The translations under genes and the position numbers were made by a program. From a virus (taxonomy: Duplodnaviria; Caudoviricetes), in IMG/VR virus record IMGVR_UViG_3300033066_001528, positions 32,001-96,000 of that record: a stretch of 64,000 nucleotides of DNA, one strand, 5' to 3'. Numbering within the stretch: the first letter of the stretch is position 1; each line of letters begins with the position of its first letter. Shown here piece after piece: positions 18,989 through 28,399 of this stretch. The notes beneath the pieces were generated by a model. The model saw only the letters and a program-made list of their open reading frames with translations, searched no databases and had not been told where the DNA came from.

Positions 18989-19726
18989 TTAGAATTTTGA
19001 TCCTTCAATGATTGGGCAGTCCGGTAACACACCAAAAGGATTGGGGGTGTTGTGTTGCTTGAACCACCCACCAATCTTATTGGAAACCAACCTGAAAAAT
19101 TGACGGCGAGTGTCCTTAGACACTCGCAGGGCCTCATGAGGGGTTCGGTCGGTCATCCAATACAAGTAGTTGGGTCTCATCTTCTCACTCAACCCCGAAG
19201 GGGAAGTCATTAATGCTCCGTGCTTGTCTACTTTACCAGCAGAGCAGTCCCATATTCTACAAGATCCATCCGTTGAAGCCATGTAGATACCATCCCGAAT
19301 CGCACAACCCTCTTTTTGACCTTTACCCCAACCCCCGCCCCATCCTGAATGCAGAGAACCCTTCCCCCAGCCCCCACCCCATCCACCCTGCTTTGTGGAA
19401 TCGTAACTTTCCGTATGTATACCGCCACGTCTCTGAGAGTCTCCGGATTTAACTAAGCTCTCATGAACGGTAAGGTAAGCCACCTTACCTCTCTCAATCG
19501 AGGAACACTTATCAATCATCGGAAGGTAACCATGCAAATAACCAGGAATTGTTGCTGGGTCACCCATGATGAAAGGCATCATATTGATAGACCTACCTTG
19601 AAATTCGGGAAACTGAACTGATCCAATCCGTCGGTAATGTTGCGTTTCCAATAAAGGAAGAAGATCCTTTCGCAAGGAAGGATTTTGATGGGCCAGACGA
19701 ATAAGTTTGGATCTAAGGCTTTTCAT
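18989..19726 (-). CDS. Leader-tagged 2OG-Fe(II) oxygenase-like protein
   Basis: MKSLRSKLIRLAHQNPSLRKDLLPLL followed by a domain paralogous to 4450..5196 (GGIHTE, TPHEA, RQFFR). Confidence 0.75.
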   Translation of the reverse strand: MKSLRSKLIRLAHQNPSLRKDLLPLLETQHYRRIGSVQFPEFQGRSINMMPFIMGDPATIPGYLHGYLPMIDKCSSIERGKVAYLTVHESLVKSGDSQRRGGIHTESYDSTKQGGWGGGWGKGSLHSGWGGGWGKGQKEGCAIRDGIYMASTDGSCRIWDCSAGKVDKHGALMTSPSGLSEKMRPNYLYWMTDRTPHEALRVSKDTRRQFFRLVSNKIGGWFKQHNTPNPFGVLPDCPIIEGSKF

Positions 19727-19750
19727 ACCTGGAAAGCCACTAGAAAAAGT

Positions 19751-21121
19751 TTACCGGACAACACGAGCAAGCTCTGTCAGCGCCCGGCGGTATTTGGCCC
19801 GAGCGGAAGGAACCCTAGCCAACGTACCCATGAAAATGTCACGGTGGATGTTTGCATAAGGGTTCGAGTAGTCTCGAACGATCGGATCCAAAGCGGCGAA
19901 AATACGGAAGACTCTTTTGGGGTCCAAAGGGGGGCATGTACTACTCAATAAAGTCTTCAAATCGTGCTTGGAGTCTTCCATCCGTGTATGGAACTCCACA
20001 TCGTCTAGAGCATGGAGGCTGATTTTAGATGGATCTTCAATCCCTTGCTCCATCAAAGACCTAAGGGCCTTCCCCCTCTCCCCCAGCAGCAAACCATCCT
20101 GCGGCACTCTACCTGCGTCCAATTCCTGCCTGTAAAGAGGGGTCTGCTGTTTTATCGTCGGAAATCCACGACCGGAAGGGCGCTCACGTTCACTACCCAA
20201 ACCACCCAACGCAAGAGAGAGATACGTCTGAACCATGTGTTGCAACTCATGACGAACAGTCACACCAATCTCGTCTCTTGTTTTGTCAAATGCAAACATG
20301 AAATGAGCAAATGACGACACGAGAGGCGAAAGACGTACGCTTAGAACCCTTTTGGATGGGTTCCAGCTACCCTCGGATGAGTGTCCCGGGATGACTTTTA
20401 CGGTAATGAAATTCCAACGATCGATAGCATCTTTTACAGCTTCATCTACTGACCTAACAACCCCGTCATCCCCCTCGACGGACACCAAATCAGCCATGGG
20501 ACCCAAAAGATTCCTATACTTCTTGGTAAGCTCTGGAAGAAACTTACCCAAATCTTGAAATTTTGGGTAGGCCCAGCCTTGAGTATTAACAGGAAACTTT
20601 TTCTCAACCGTGTTATGGAGAGCAGACTCTGCCCCCACCGTCTTAGACCGATTGATAACCCCCAATTGTGCTGATAGATTAGACTTGAATCTATTTTCTT
20701 TGCCTAAGATAAGATCCAGGCGACGGTACACCAAAAAAATATCGGTGTCTAACGCATCCCACAGAGAACCATCAGACAAAAAGAGAAGGAAGTCCTTTTT
20801 GTCTATCGGGGTAGGCTGATCAATCTTGAATTTGCGGAGGTATTTAAGAAGAGTCTGATAGGAGTCCCAAGAAGCCTTAGGCTTCTTGGCTATGACTTTG
20901 GCCCTCAATTCCCCCGCAAGGTATTTCAGTGTTGATGGCGCCTCCTCCAAATCTCTAAGATCGTCCGCACCCATCAATGGCTGTGATAAGAGATATTCTC
21001 GGCGGCTTTCAAGGGTAACGGAAAAAACCCAATCAGAAATGTCCCTAAGCATCACTGGTGGAACCTGCAATGTCCCACCTTCCATATAGCGCCGGGCTAC
21101 AACGACAGGTCGAGTATACAT
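19751..21121 (-). CDS. Zincin-like (HExxH) protein with an N-terminal VARRY motif
   Basis: VRHELQHMVQ...DDVEF; MYTRPVVVARRYMEG. Confidence 0.7.
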   Translation of the reverse strand: MYTRPVVVARRYMEGGTLQVPPVMLRDISDWVFSVTLESRREYLLSQPLMGADDLRDLEEAPSTLKYLAGELRAKVIAKKPKASWDSYQTLLKYLRKFKIDQPTPIDKKDFLLFLSDGSLWDALDTDIFLVYRRLDLILGKENRFKSNLSAQLGVINRSKTVGAESALHNTVEKKFPVNTQGWAYPKFQDLGKFLPELTKKYRNLLGPMADLVSVEGDDGVVRSVDEAVKDAIDRWNFITVKVIPGHSSEGSWNPSKRVLSVRLSPLVSSFAHFMFAFDKTRDEIGVTVRHELQHMVQTYLSLALGGLGSERERPSGRGFPTIKQQTPLYRQELDAGRVPQDGLLLGERGKALRSLMEQGIEDPSKISLHALDDVEFHTRMEDSKHDLKTLLSSTCPPLDPKRVFRIFAALDPIVRDYSNPYANIHRDIFMGTLARVPSARAKYRRALTELARVVR

Positions 21122-21129
21122 AACAACCC

Positions 21130-21387
21130 TTAAGCGTCTACGATATAGCCTAAGTCTTCCAAAGTATCCAAAAGATCATCGTAGCCAATTGTGCGACCAA
21201 AAGAAACGGTCAGACGGTCATGCTTGGGTTTGGTGCGGATCCCTCTCTTGGAGAGATCGCGGAATAGCCTATCCAAGTCATCCGCATCTAGGAAAGCGTA
21301 CTCGTCCGCATTGGTAACGGTAACCAAATTTCCGGTGTTCCCGGACTTACGGAGGAAAGCTACAACAATTCTTCTTGCAAGGGTCAT
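21130..21387 (-). CDS. Small hypothetical protein (HMA-like C-terminal pattern)
   Basis: MTLARRIVVAFLRKSG...LLDTLEDLGY. Confidence 0.55.
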   Translation of the reverse strand: MTLARRIVVAFLRKSGNTGNLVTVTNADEYAFLDADDLDRLFRDLSKRGIRTKPKHDRLTVSFGRTIGYDDLLDTLEDLGYIVDA

Positions 21388-21417
21388 ACGACCGAAAGAA
21401 GATAGGAAAGGAATTGC

Positions 21418-21738
21418 TCAGATATCACGGGAAGGTGGGACACATGGAGTGTATCCAACCAGGGCATAACAGTCACCATCCACGTCACAGAAGCAATGGT
21501 CCTCGGAAGGCCAGCAGTGACGAATTCTTTCCGACTGAACACCAACGGGTTCACCACGGCCGTTAAGCCGTACATCCTCCGGGCAAACAGAGGGAGCGTC
21601 TGCGTCCACCTCTGGTAGATCAACGGATCCATCGGACCCCAAAGATGGAATCTCCAAACCAATGTCGGTTGGGGTTGCAGGAGAAGAACAATCCTTGCAA
21701 CCAAAAATGAAAGCAAGTATCAGAGCATATCGTTTCAT
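21418..21738 (-). CDS. Putative Cys-rich lipoprotein
   Basis: MKRYALILAFIFG-C signal/lipobox-like start; C-terminal Cys cluster. Confidence 0.55.
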   Translation of the reverse strand: MKRYALILAFIFGCKDCSSPATPTDIGLEIPSLGSDGSVDLPEVDADAPSVCPEDVRLNGRGEPVGVQSERIRHCWPSEDHCFCDVDGDCYALVGYTPCVPPSRDI

Positions 21739-21764
21739 GGTTCCCATGAGAAACCATAGGGTGA

Positions 21765-22007
21765 CTAACGGAGTTGAATCATGGATCTGGGGACTGCTAC
21801 TGCGGTCCAGCCCCAAAATTTTGAGTCCAACGGAGGACCCAAAGGAATATCCAGAGTGACGATGTAAGTACGCATAAGGTCGTCCATCGATAGACCCGAA
21901 ATGGAACCGAAAACTGATATTGGATCCCCCAACCCTGGATTCAGAGTGACGACAACTTTGGTGTCAATCTGTAAAGGATTTGGATCGAAGTGAGTTGGTT
22001 GAATCAT
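21765..22007 (-). CDS. Small hypothetical protein
   Basis: 80 aa; CGTAA motif 8 nt before the ATG. Confidence 0.5.
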   Translation of the reverse strand: MIQPTHFDPNPLQIDTKVVVTLNPGLGDPISVFGSISGLSMDDLMRTYIVTLDIPLGPPLDSKFWGWTAVAVPRSMIQLR

Positions 22008-22028
22008 GGAAGTGATTACGCTCGTACC

Positions 22029-24107
22029 TCATTCTTTGACAACACCCAGAATCCAATTTTTAACAGCATCCGAAGTCCCCGAGGGGTGCACGATATATGA
22101 AGTGAGTAATTCGGCCCACCACTCGGTCAGATTGGTTCTGGCATAGTCGGTAGGCATCCATTCATTCTCACGTCGTTCATAGCGTGTTTCATGCATGGTT
22201 TGGAAGCCATCAACGACTTCTTTGGACTTCACAAGAGCGCTGTATTCCTGCGAGATTCTTTCCTTTTCCTCTTGTAAATGCTTCAGACGGGATTTCACCG
22301 AATCAGGCATAACCCTCCAAGAAATCATGCGCGTCGGTTCTTCCATAACGAGTGGTATTTTCCGTGCCACATCCGAAGGGGAGGGGTTTAGTAATTCAAC
22401 CCTGCAAACTTTGACCCCCACGGACAAAACCTTGTAGGTACGAACGTAAGGGGTGTCCCGAAGATAAGGATTTACCCACCCCTCTACGGAATATGTCATC
22501 CCCCTCTTCAGACCGGACTTCTCCAGGGTCTCTATCTCTTGTTGAACATCATCTAGCTGTTTCTTAGCTAACGCAACAGTTACCTGAACGTCACTCTTTT
22601 GAACAACTCGTTGAAGTTGAAGTGCCATGCCGAACTGCTTTGAAATGTCCGAGTTAGTCACACCTAAAACAGCGTAGTGGTACCAATGAGCCAACTCATG
22701 CACCATGGTAGCAACACTCTGCGTCCGCAAAGTCTTCGGAACCAACCAAATAGCATTGTCGGAAGGGTAGTAGGCGGAGCGGGTAGACCCCCCTCGCGGG
22801 CCCAATACAATAGTAGCTTTAGATGAGCCAAAAGGGATGCCAGCAGCTATGTACATTCTTTCAACTCTATCCAACAGGGCCAACGTTGGTTCAAGGTAGG
22901 ATTTATTGGCAGGGGTGACTAGAATACGAAATCTACCATGATCCAAACTCTCTGTTCCAGCCGGAATAACAGGACGACGAGCAGCCACCAACGCTCTGGA
23001 AGCCACCCTAGCCTCCAACCCAAAATCTTTTGGTCCACAAATAAGGGGTAGGGGTGGGACATCTACATTATGGACCGTCACACGTACATCATCCCTCTCC
23101 AGAGCCGTTCTGGCAGTTTGGAGATAGGTGTTGTAGTTTGACATATTTTCGTTTTCCCAAACATCCACCCTATCGACAGTATTGTAGCTTGCCAGAAGAA
23201 CCCCGAGAACTTTCTTTTTGAAAGCAACGGCACTCATGCCGGGGTTGAAATACATACGGTCGAAATGGATCCCCATCTGGGATAAAAGCTCCTTCACTCG
23301 TGGCTCGTGGCTTTTTACTCTCCCGGTCACCAGAGCCGTGTAAGTCCCCGCATCACGCACGGCTTCTTTGGCTCCAGCAACGGATCCGTGGATCCAATAC
23401 TCGGAACCAGGGTGAGAAGGGACACATGGGTCATCCAAAGACACGGGTTGAATGAAAAAAGAGTACGGGGTTTGATCAGTCCACCAATCAGGTGTCTTCT
23501 CCCACGACCGGAAAAGTGTCCCGTCAAAGTCAAACATAGAGATACGGGTGTAGGATCGAGCTTCCTTGCTCGTCGCCACCCTCCCAAAGTATTCATCATC
23601 TGTCACGACATAGTTCACTTTCGAAGGGTCGTAGTTGAGATATTCGTCATACCTGTTCCCGTAAAGGATGTTGATTCTGCCTTTGACCGTCGAAAGCCAC
23701 TTCTGGTTGAGGAGTTTTCCGTCAGGCTCATGGGTCCCCAACTGAAACACGTCCCCAGGCTTGAGCATCCCCAGAACAGCATCATTGAGTTGAGTCCCCA
23801 ACCCCTTGCGACGATAGTCCGGATGGACTCCGATGTAAGCGCCCTGGTAGATGTCTCCCGTGATGATTTGGTGACCTTCCCTTTCCAACCAACGATTGAG
23901 GTCGTCTTTAACGTTTTTCCACTTGTAAAATTTGAATGCCGCGACGAGTTTTTTCCCGTTGAGGGCGACCCAATAGATACCGCGAAGTGAGGTGTCCTGC
24001 ATCCAATCGGTGTCATCTTTGTCCGCAAAAGGGACACCCGTTTTGCGCTTCTGAGCATTCAGGAGCTTGTAGAAGTCATCGGCGCTGACCAGTTTGATCG
24101 TGAGCAT
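22029..24107 (-). CDS. Polyprotein: GNAT acetyltransferase + HAD phosphatase + zincin
   Basis: GVHPDYRRKGLG (acetyl-CoA motif); MFDFDGTLF, TGR (HAD); VHELAH...YARTNLTEWWAE (zincin). Confidence 0.8.
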   Translation of the reverse strand: MLTIKLVSADDFYKLLNAQKRKTGVPFADKDDTDWMQDTSLRGIYWVALNGKKLVAAFKFYKWKNVKDDLNRWLEREGHQIITGDIYQGAYIGVHPDYRRKGLGTQLNDAVLGMLKPGDVFQLGTHEPDGKLLNQKWLSTVKGRINILYGNRYDEYLNYDPSKVNYVVTDDEYFGRVATSKEARSYTRISMFDFDGTLFRSWEKTPDWWTDQTPYSFFIQPVSLDDPCVPSHPGSEYWIHGSVAGAKEAVRDAGTYTALVTGRVKSHEPRVKELLSQMGIHFDRMYFNPGMSAVAFKKKVLGVLLASYNTVDRVDVWENENMSNYNTYLQTARTALERDDVRVTVHNVDVPPLPLICGPKDFGLEARVASRALVAARRPVIPAGTESLDHGRFRILVTPANKSYLEPTLALLDRVERMYIAAGIPFGSSKATIVLGPRGGSTRSAYYPSDNAIWLVPKTLRTQSVATMVHELAHWYHYAVLGVTNSDISKQFGMALQLQRVVQKSDVQVTVALAKKQLDDVQQEIETLEKSGLKRGMTYSVEGWVNPYLRDTPYVRTYKVLSVGVKVCRVELLNPSPSDVARKIPLVMEEPTRMISWRVMPDSVKSRLKHLQEEKERISQEYSALVKSKEVVDGFQTMHETRYERRENEWMPTDYARTNLTEWWAELLTSYIVHPSGTSDAVKNWILGVVKE

Positions 24108-24148
24108 GGGTCATTCATCCCAGGGTAAATAGTCATTATCGCCGAAGG

Positions 24149-24943
24149 GTGATGCCTATGAGTCAAGCGCAACGGGTTGCGTCGAGGGTTATGATGGCCG
24201 GGAGTGGAAGTGCGACTCCCCTAACCAGTCAGTATTGGAACAAGCTCCCAAAAGGTGATCGCTTTGAGTGGCTGGCAGGGTTCTTTGGGGATAAACCTGG
24301 AGGGAAAACTTTTGCCGCGAGCCATGAAACTACCAGCACCATTCAAACCATCCTGAATGAGGCTGGAGAATATTGGTCATGGAGGGCTGCGGAAGAGTTC
24401 GCGGATGCTGTAGACGAAGAGGCCAAAGAGTGGAAAGAACGAGGATACAAATTCGAGCAGAGAGAAACGGCAGACGAACTGAACCTAGAGACGGTGCTGG
24501 ACAAGTACATTGGGGACAGTCGGATGATGAGCTCAAAGGAGATTGTTTTCCTTCGAGGGGTGATTGAAGCCAGTCACGTAGCACCTGGGTTGAGGTTCCT
24601 GGAGAGGATCCAGGCGGATAACCCTGGATGGCAGGAAGGTGAGCATGTCAAATTCTCCATCGCTTCGTTCTCAGCCGTGGAGTTCTCCAAAGGCAAAAAT
24701 GCTGGGAACATTGGGTGGAAAAGCACGGATCAATGCATCGTCCGGGTCAACAACCCTTCCAGGGGACTCACCATCTCCTACGCTGCCAGGGATATGATGA
24801 CCATGCAGTTTGATGCTGCTTCCGAACGAGAGACCCTCCTGGGAGGGAATTACGTGGTGGAGTCGGTTGAGAAAATCGTGGAACCACACACAACCCCAGC
24901 CTATGGGTACCGCATTCCTATGTACGTTCTCCATGAGTCCTGA
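24149..24943 (+). CDS. Putative ADP-ribosyltransferase (R-S-E clade) with an N-terminal RVASR motif
   Basis: FLRG, ASFS and ERETLL in ART order and spacing. Confidence 0.6.
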   Translation: MMPMSQAQRVASRVMMAGSGSATPLTSQYWNKLPKGDRFEWLAGFFGDKPGGKTFAASHETTSTIQTILNEAGEYWSWRAAEEFADAVDEEAKEWKERGYKFEQRETADELNLETVLDKYIGDSRMMSSKEIVFLRGVIEASHVAPGLRFLERIQADNPGWQEGEHVKFSIASFSAVEFSKGKNAGNIGWKSTDQCIVRVNNPSRGLTISYAARDMMTMQFDAASERETLLGGNYVVESVEKIVEPHTTPAYGYRIPMYVLHES

Positions 24944-24974
24944 GCGGTAGAAGGTCACTATCCCCGGCTAGTGG

Positions 24975-26270
24975 ATGGATCCCCGCAGAGTAGCACACAG
25001 ATTCCTAATCGCTGACGCCTTGCTCTCCGAGGAGTGGGTAGAGACACAGCTTAGAACGGTGAGAGAGCTCACCACCAAACCCGTAGATGGAAGCGACTTC
25101 GAGGCCATCATCCAGGGGATTGAGAACCTCAATGCCTACATGAGAGGAATTCAGGAGCACATTGAGCGTGCTTCCAACTTTCACCCCTACTTTGCCAAGG
25201 AGGTTGATTGGGACAACAACTACACCCTGGATAGGATGGTCAAACCCCTCGGATACGTCGCTAGGGACTACAAAGAACTTGTCAAGCAACTGAAGGATCG
25301 ACGAAAGGCCCCTCTGTGGGATTTCACAGAACTTGTCATTCGGGCTCAGTACAAGAAGGACGTCAAATCAATCGGTGATGCTCCCCGGTTCTCCCCCAGC
25401 CTATGGCAATACAAAACAGACGCGGTACTCCAGGATGTGGAGTCCAAAATACCGGATGAAATTGACCAGACAACACTTAACCCACAGCTTGTGTCCTGGC
25501 TGAAGGCGAAGAAAGTCAAGGATAGGATTTTCCGTGTTGGTATGGACAGGAGTCGGTACACGGTAGACCCCTTGGGGACCCTAACGATGTGGTTCAATGA
25601 CCTGAGGGAGAAGCCACGAACGGATGAGCTCTATCAGGACAAAGGGGCATACAGGGAGGTGAGCATAGGTCGGGCCACCCTCGTTCTGTTGGACCCCGAA
25701 AACGAGGCGGTGTTTGACGCGGCATCGGTGAAAGCAATTGCAGGGGTGTACCGCAACCTACAGCAAGCAAGGTTGGGTGCGGTTTGGTACGGTCCCCTCT
25801 TCTACGTCTCCAAGGAGAACCCCAAGCTCACTGGGAAACTGCTCGAACTAGCGAAAAACATGGGGTACGACATCCAGAGCTATGGCGGTAGGTACAACCA
25901 CAAGAATGACCTCGTTGTGACTTCTGGGTACCCGGAGAACGCAGCCTCCACCCTGACCCACGAGCTTGGCCACCGGTACTGGTTCAAATTCATGAAACAG
26001 GAGCAGCGGGAGAGGTTCCAGAACATGGTCCGCACACGCCCTGCCGTGATCGAAGAGGGCAATGAGGCCAAAAAGAAGTACCTGGAGGAGATGGACTACC
26101 TACCGGGTGAGATCAACGATGATGGGGATCTGAAACCAGTCCTACCCGTGTCTGAATACGGAGGGACCAACATCGCCGAAGCTTTTGCCGAGGTGTTCTC
26201 CCACTATGTCCAGGGGAGAGAGATGACCCGAGACCAGAGAGTGAGCTTCAAATGGATCATTGGCCACTGA
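24975..26270 (+). CDS. Zincin metallopeptidase-like protein with an RVAHRF N-terminus
   Basis: THELGHRYW...VSEYGGTNIAEAFAEVF. Confidence 0.75.
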   Translation: MDPRRVAHRFLIADALLSEEWVETQLRTVRELTTKPVDGSDFEAIIQGIENLNAYMRGIQEHIERASNFHPYFAKEVDWDNNYTLDRMVKPLGYVARDYKELVKQLKDRRKAPLWDFTELVIRAQYKKDVKSIGDAPRFSPSLWQYKTDAVLQDVESKIPDEIDQTTLNPQLVSWLKAKKVKDRIFRVGMDRSRYTVDPLGTLTMWFNDLREKPRTDELYQDKGAYREVSIGRATLVLLDPENEAVFDAASVKAIAGVYRNLQQARLGAVWYGPLFYVSKENPKLTGKLLELAKNMGYDIQSYGGRYNHKNDLVVTSGYPENAASTLTHELGHRYWFKFMKQEQRERFQNMVRTRPAVIEEGNEAKKKYLEEMDYLPGEINDDGDLKPVLPVSEYGGTNIAEAFAEVFSHYVQGREMTRDQRVSFKWIIGH

Positions 26271-26361
26271 TACACGGTTTCAGTAACTTGATTGCTGAGT
26301 GACCCCACACCCGGGGCAAAAATGCTACCCACCAGAGGGGTAACCTGGGCAAGGAGCCAGC

Positions 26362-26724
26362 ATGATTGGTGGAGACGATATTGTGATTGCGTTGCGTCCT
26401 GGGTGGGGTGTTGACGTGATGCGGGAATTCCTTGTGGTGATGAAAGAAACTTGGTCCGAAGCAATAGCGGAGGAAATCAATGAATCCATCGCGGTCCCCA
26501 TTGGGGAGTTGACAGAGGACTTTCGCGAAGGTTTCATCTATGAAAACCACGATGCCTTGATTGATTGGGCGAAATCCGGAGCCAGTGTGCAAAATGCAAA
26601 CAGTATGGTTCATGTCATCATGAAACGGCGCAGCATGACTCTAGTCGTGGGGAACAAGTCATCCCCCCTGGGTCAAAAACTGTGTGCGTTCGCCAGGGTG
26701 TGGAGTGGTCCTATACACCCGTGA
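26362..26724 (+). CDS. Hypothetical protein
   Basis: 120-aa ORF between two plus-strand genes. Confidence 0.5.
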   Translation: MIGGDDIVIALRPGWGVDVMREFLVVMKETWSEAIAEEINESIAVPIGELTEDFREGFIYENHDALIDWAKSGASVQNANSMVHVIMKRRSMTLVVGNKSSPLGQKLCAFARVWSGPIHP

Positions 26725-26728
26725 GGGT

Positions 26729-27460
26729 ATGCCTTCCACAGTTACCGAAGCCTACTATCAATCTCTCCTCGAACAATCCATTCAAAACGATTTCCCTCAG
26801 GCCCTGACCCGGCTCCAATGGGGGAAACGAACCATCCTAGATCCCGACTTCCCCATGTCCGTTGACGACCTGTGGCTGTACCTGCGGGACCGGGAAGTGC
26901 CCCTGGAAGACATCCAGGCACTTCAACGGGTGAAGCCACCCAGAGCCCCACGCCCACCCAAAGGAATGTCACTGGTGGATTTTGGTGAGGCCATAGGGAA
27001 ACCTGTAGCCGTAGGGGTGAGTGACGCGGAGCTAGAATTGGTAGCCACACATCTCAAAATCATGGCAAAAGCCATCAACAGTCTGCCCGCCATCAGCCGT
27101 GGCCTATACCACTCGGAAGTGAAAAAAGTGCTTCTGGGTCGTCAAAGGAAAACCGAGGATGCATCATGGGAACCTGGGGGCGTTCTGCGATTGAACATGA
27201 GGCCCGGCACCACACCTGACCTGGGTATCTATCGGTCCAGGGTCATCCATGAACTCGGACACGCCTTGGAAGAGAAACTAGGGTTGGTGGTGACCCCGTG
27301 GGCCACCATTTATGGCAACCCACCTTTCATCTCCGACTATGCCAGAATGAATGCAACAGAGGATTTCGCGGAGACGTTCAGGGCGTGGGAGACGGAGAGA
27401 GGGGTGTTGCGTTCTGTTGCACCTGGGAAGTACGCGGACATGAAAAGTCGCGTGGGCTAG
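26729..27460 (+). CDS. Zincin metallopeptidase-like protein
   Basis: IHELGHALE...ISDYARMNATEDFAETF; likely start MPST at 26729. Confidence 0.75.
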   Translation: MPSTVTEAYYQSLLEQSIQNDFPQALTRLQWGKRTILDPDFPMSVDDLWLYLRDREVPLEDIQALQRVKPPRAPRPPKGMSLVDFGEAIGKPVAVGVSDAELELVATHLKIMAKAINSLPAISRGLYHSEVKKVLLGRQRKTEDASWEPGGVLRLNMRPGTTPDLGIYRSRVIHELGHALEEKLGLVVTPWATIYGNPPFISDYARMNATEDFAETFRAWETERGVLRSVAPGKYADMKSRVG

Positions 27461-27654
27461 AACCTACCGACATGGCACGGGTCGCAGTGTTCCAATGCAG
27501 CCAGAACGAACTCCCCGTGCTGTAGAAGCTCCCCCTCAAACCACAGGCATTTTGCCATGTCACCTGCATACACGGGTCCAACGGTCATCGGAGGCCCACC
27601 TGACTTCAAACGTACCACATCCCCAGACTTGATCTCAGTATTCTCGTCGCTCAT
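27457..27654 (-). CDS. YodC/DUF2158-like small protein
   Basis: GDVVRLKSGGPPMTV...CLWF. Confidence 0.75.
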   Translation of the reverse strand: MSDENTEIKSGDVVRLKSGGPPMTVGPVYAGDMAKCLWFEGELLQHGEFVLAALEHCDPCHVGRF

Positions 27655-27685
27655 GGGAGAACATTACCCCGCGACAGGGAGCGCC

Positions 27686-28357
27686 TCAAGAAAGAAGGCA
27701 GAAAGAGTGCATGTCATGATCCGAGAGGCTGTCATCCACCATCTCATGGGCCTGGAGAGCTCTGGGCTCTTCCATCGGGCAATCGGGATGCTGAAAGTTA
27801 GTCGTTGGGACCGACCTTGGGTTTCCCACGAGTACTTTGGTAACCATCCCAATGCCAGCCATGGGCCTTGTGTAGTGAACCCCATCTTCCTCGGCGTGAA
27901 CTTTCTTCCCTAGAACATTCGCCGCCCTCACGTCGTAACCCCGTGTAAGGAACCAAAACTCTTCCGCTGTTTCCGTGTCCCATCGAAAGGCACTGGACAT
28001 ACCCAAGACTTCCCCAAATAATTCGCTGAGAACATCAAAGACCGCTTGTCGAGCCATCTCCCTAACGGCTGGAAAGTCCCCCCGGTCGAAACTCACGTCG
28101 CCCACATAGGGAACCCAGTCCGGATCCAGACCAACCCCCCCCGCCATCAAAAACTCATAATTTGGGATAGTGTTTTCTAAAATGCTCTCAAATACCTTCC
28201 CGTCCACTTTTTGGGAGTTGTACATCTTCCGATAAGCGGCCTTCATCTCCCGAAGATATTTGAGCATGTGGTCGCGCACAGCCCTGGAGACTTCAGGCTC
28301 TAGGGCGGCATCAACAGATGCCATGTAGGAACGGGCCACGCGCTGAGATGGAGTCAT
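27686..28357 (-). CDS. Hypothetical protein with an RVARSY N-terminus
   Basis: Likely start MTPSQRVARSYMAS at 28357. Confidence 0.65.
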   Translation of the reverse strand: MTPSQRVARSYMASVDAALEPEVSRAVRDHMLKYLREMKAAYRKMYNSQKVDGKVFESILENTIPNYEFLMAGGVGLDPDWVPYVGDVSFDRGDFPAVREMARQAVFDVLSELFGEVLGMSSAFRWDTETAEEFWFLTRGYDVRAANVLGKKVHAEEDGVHYTRPMAGIGMVTKVLVGNPRSVPTTNFQHPDCPMEEPRALQAHEMVDDSLSDHDMHSFCLLS

Positions 28358-28365
28358 GTCACACC

Positions 28366-28387
28366 GGTAAGTTATCAATAACTTACC
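28366..28387. promoter_or_regulatory. Palindrome between divergent genes
   Basis: ggtaagttat-ca-ataacttacc. Confidence 0.55.
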
Positions 28388-28399
28388 AGAGAGAGAACC

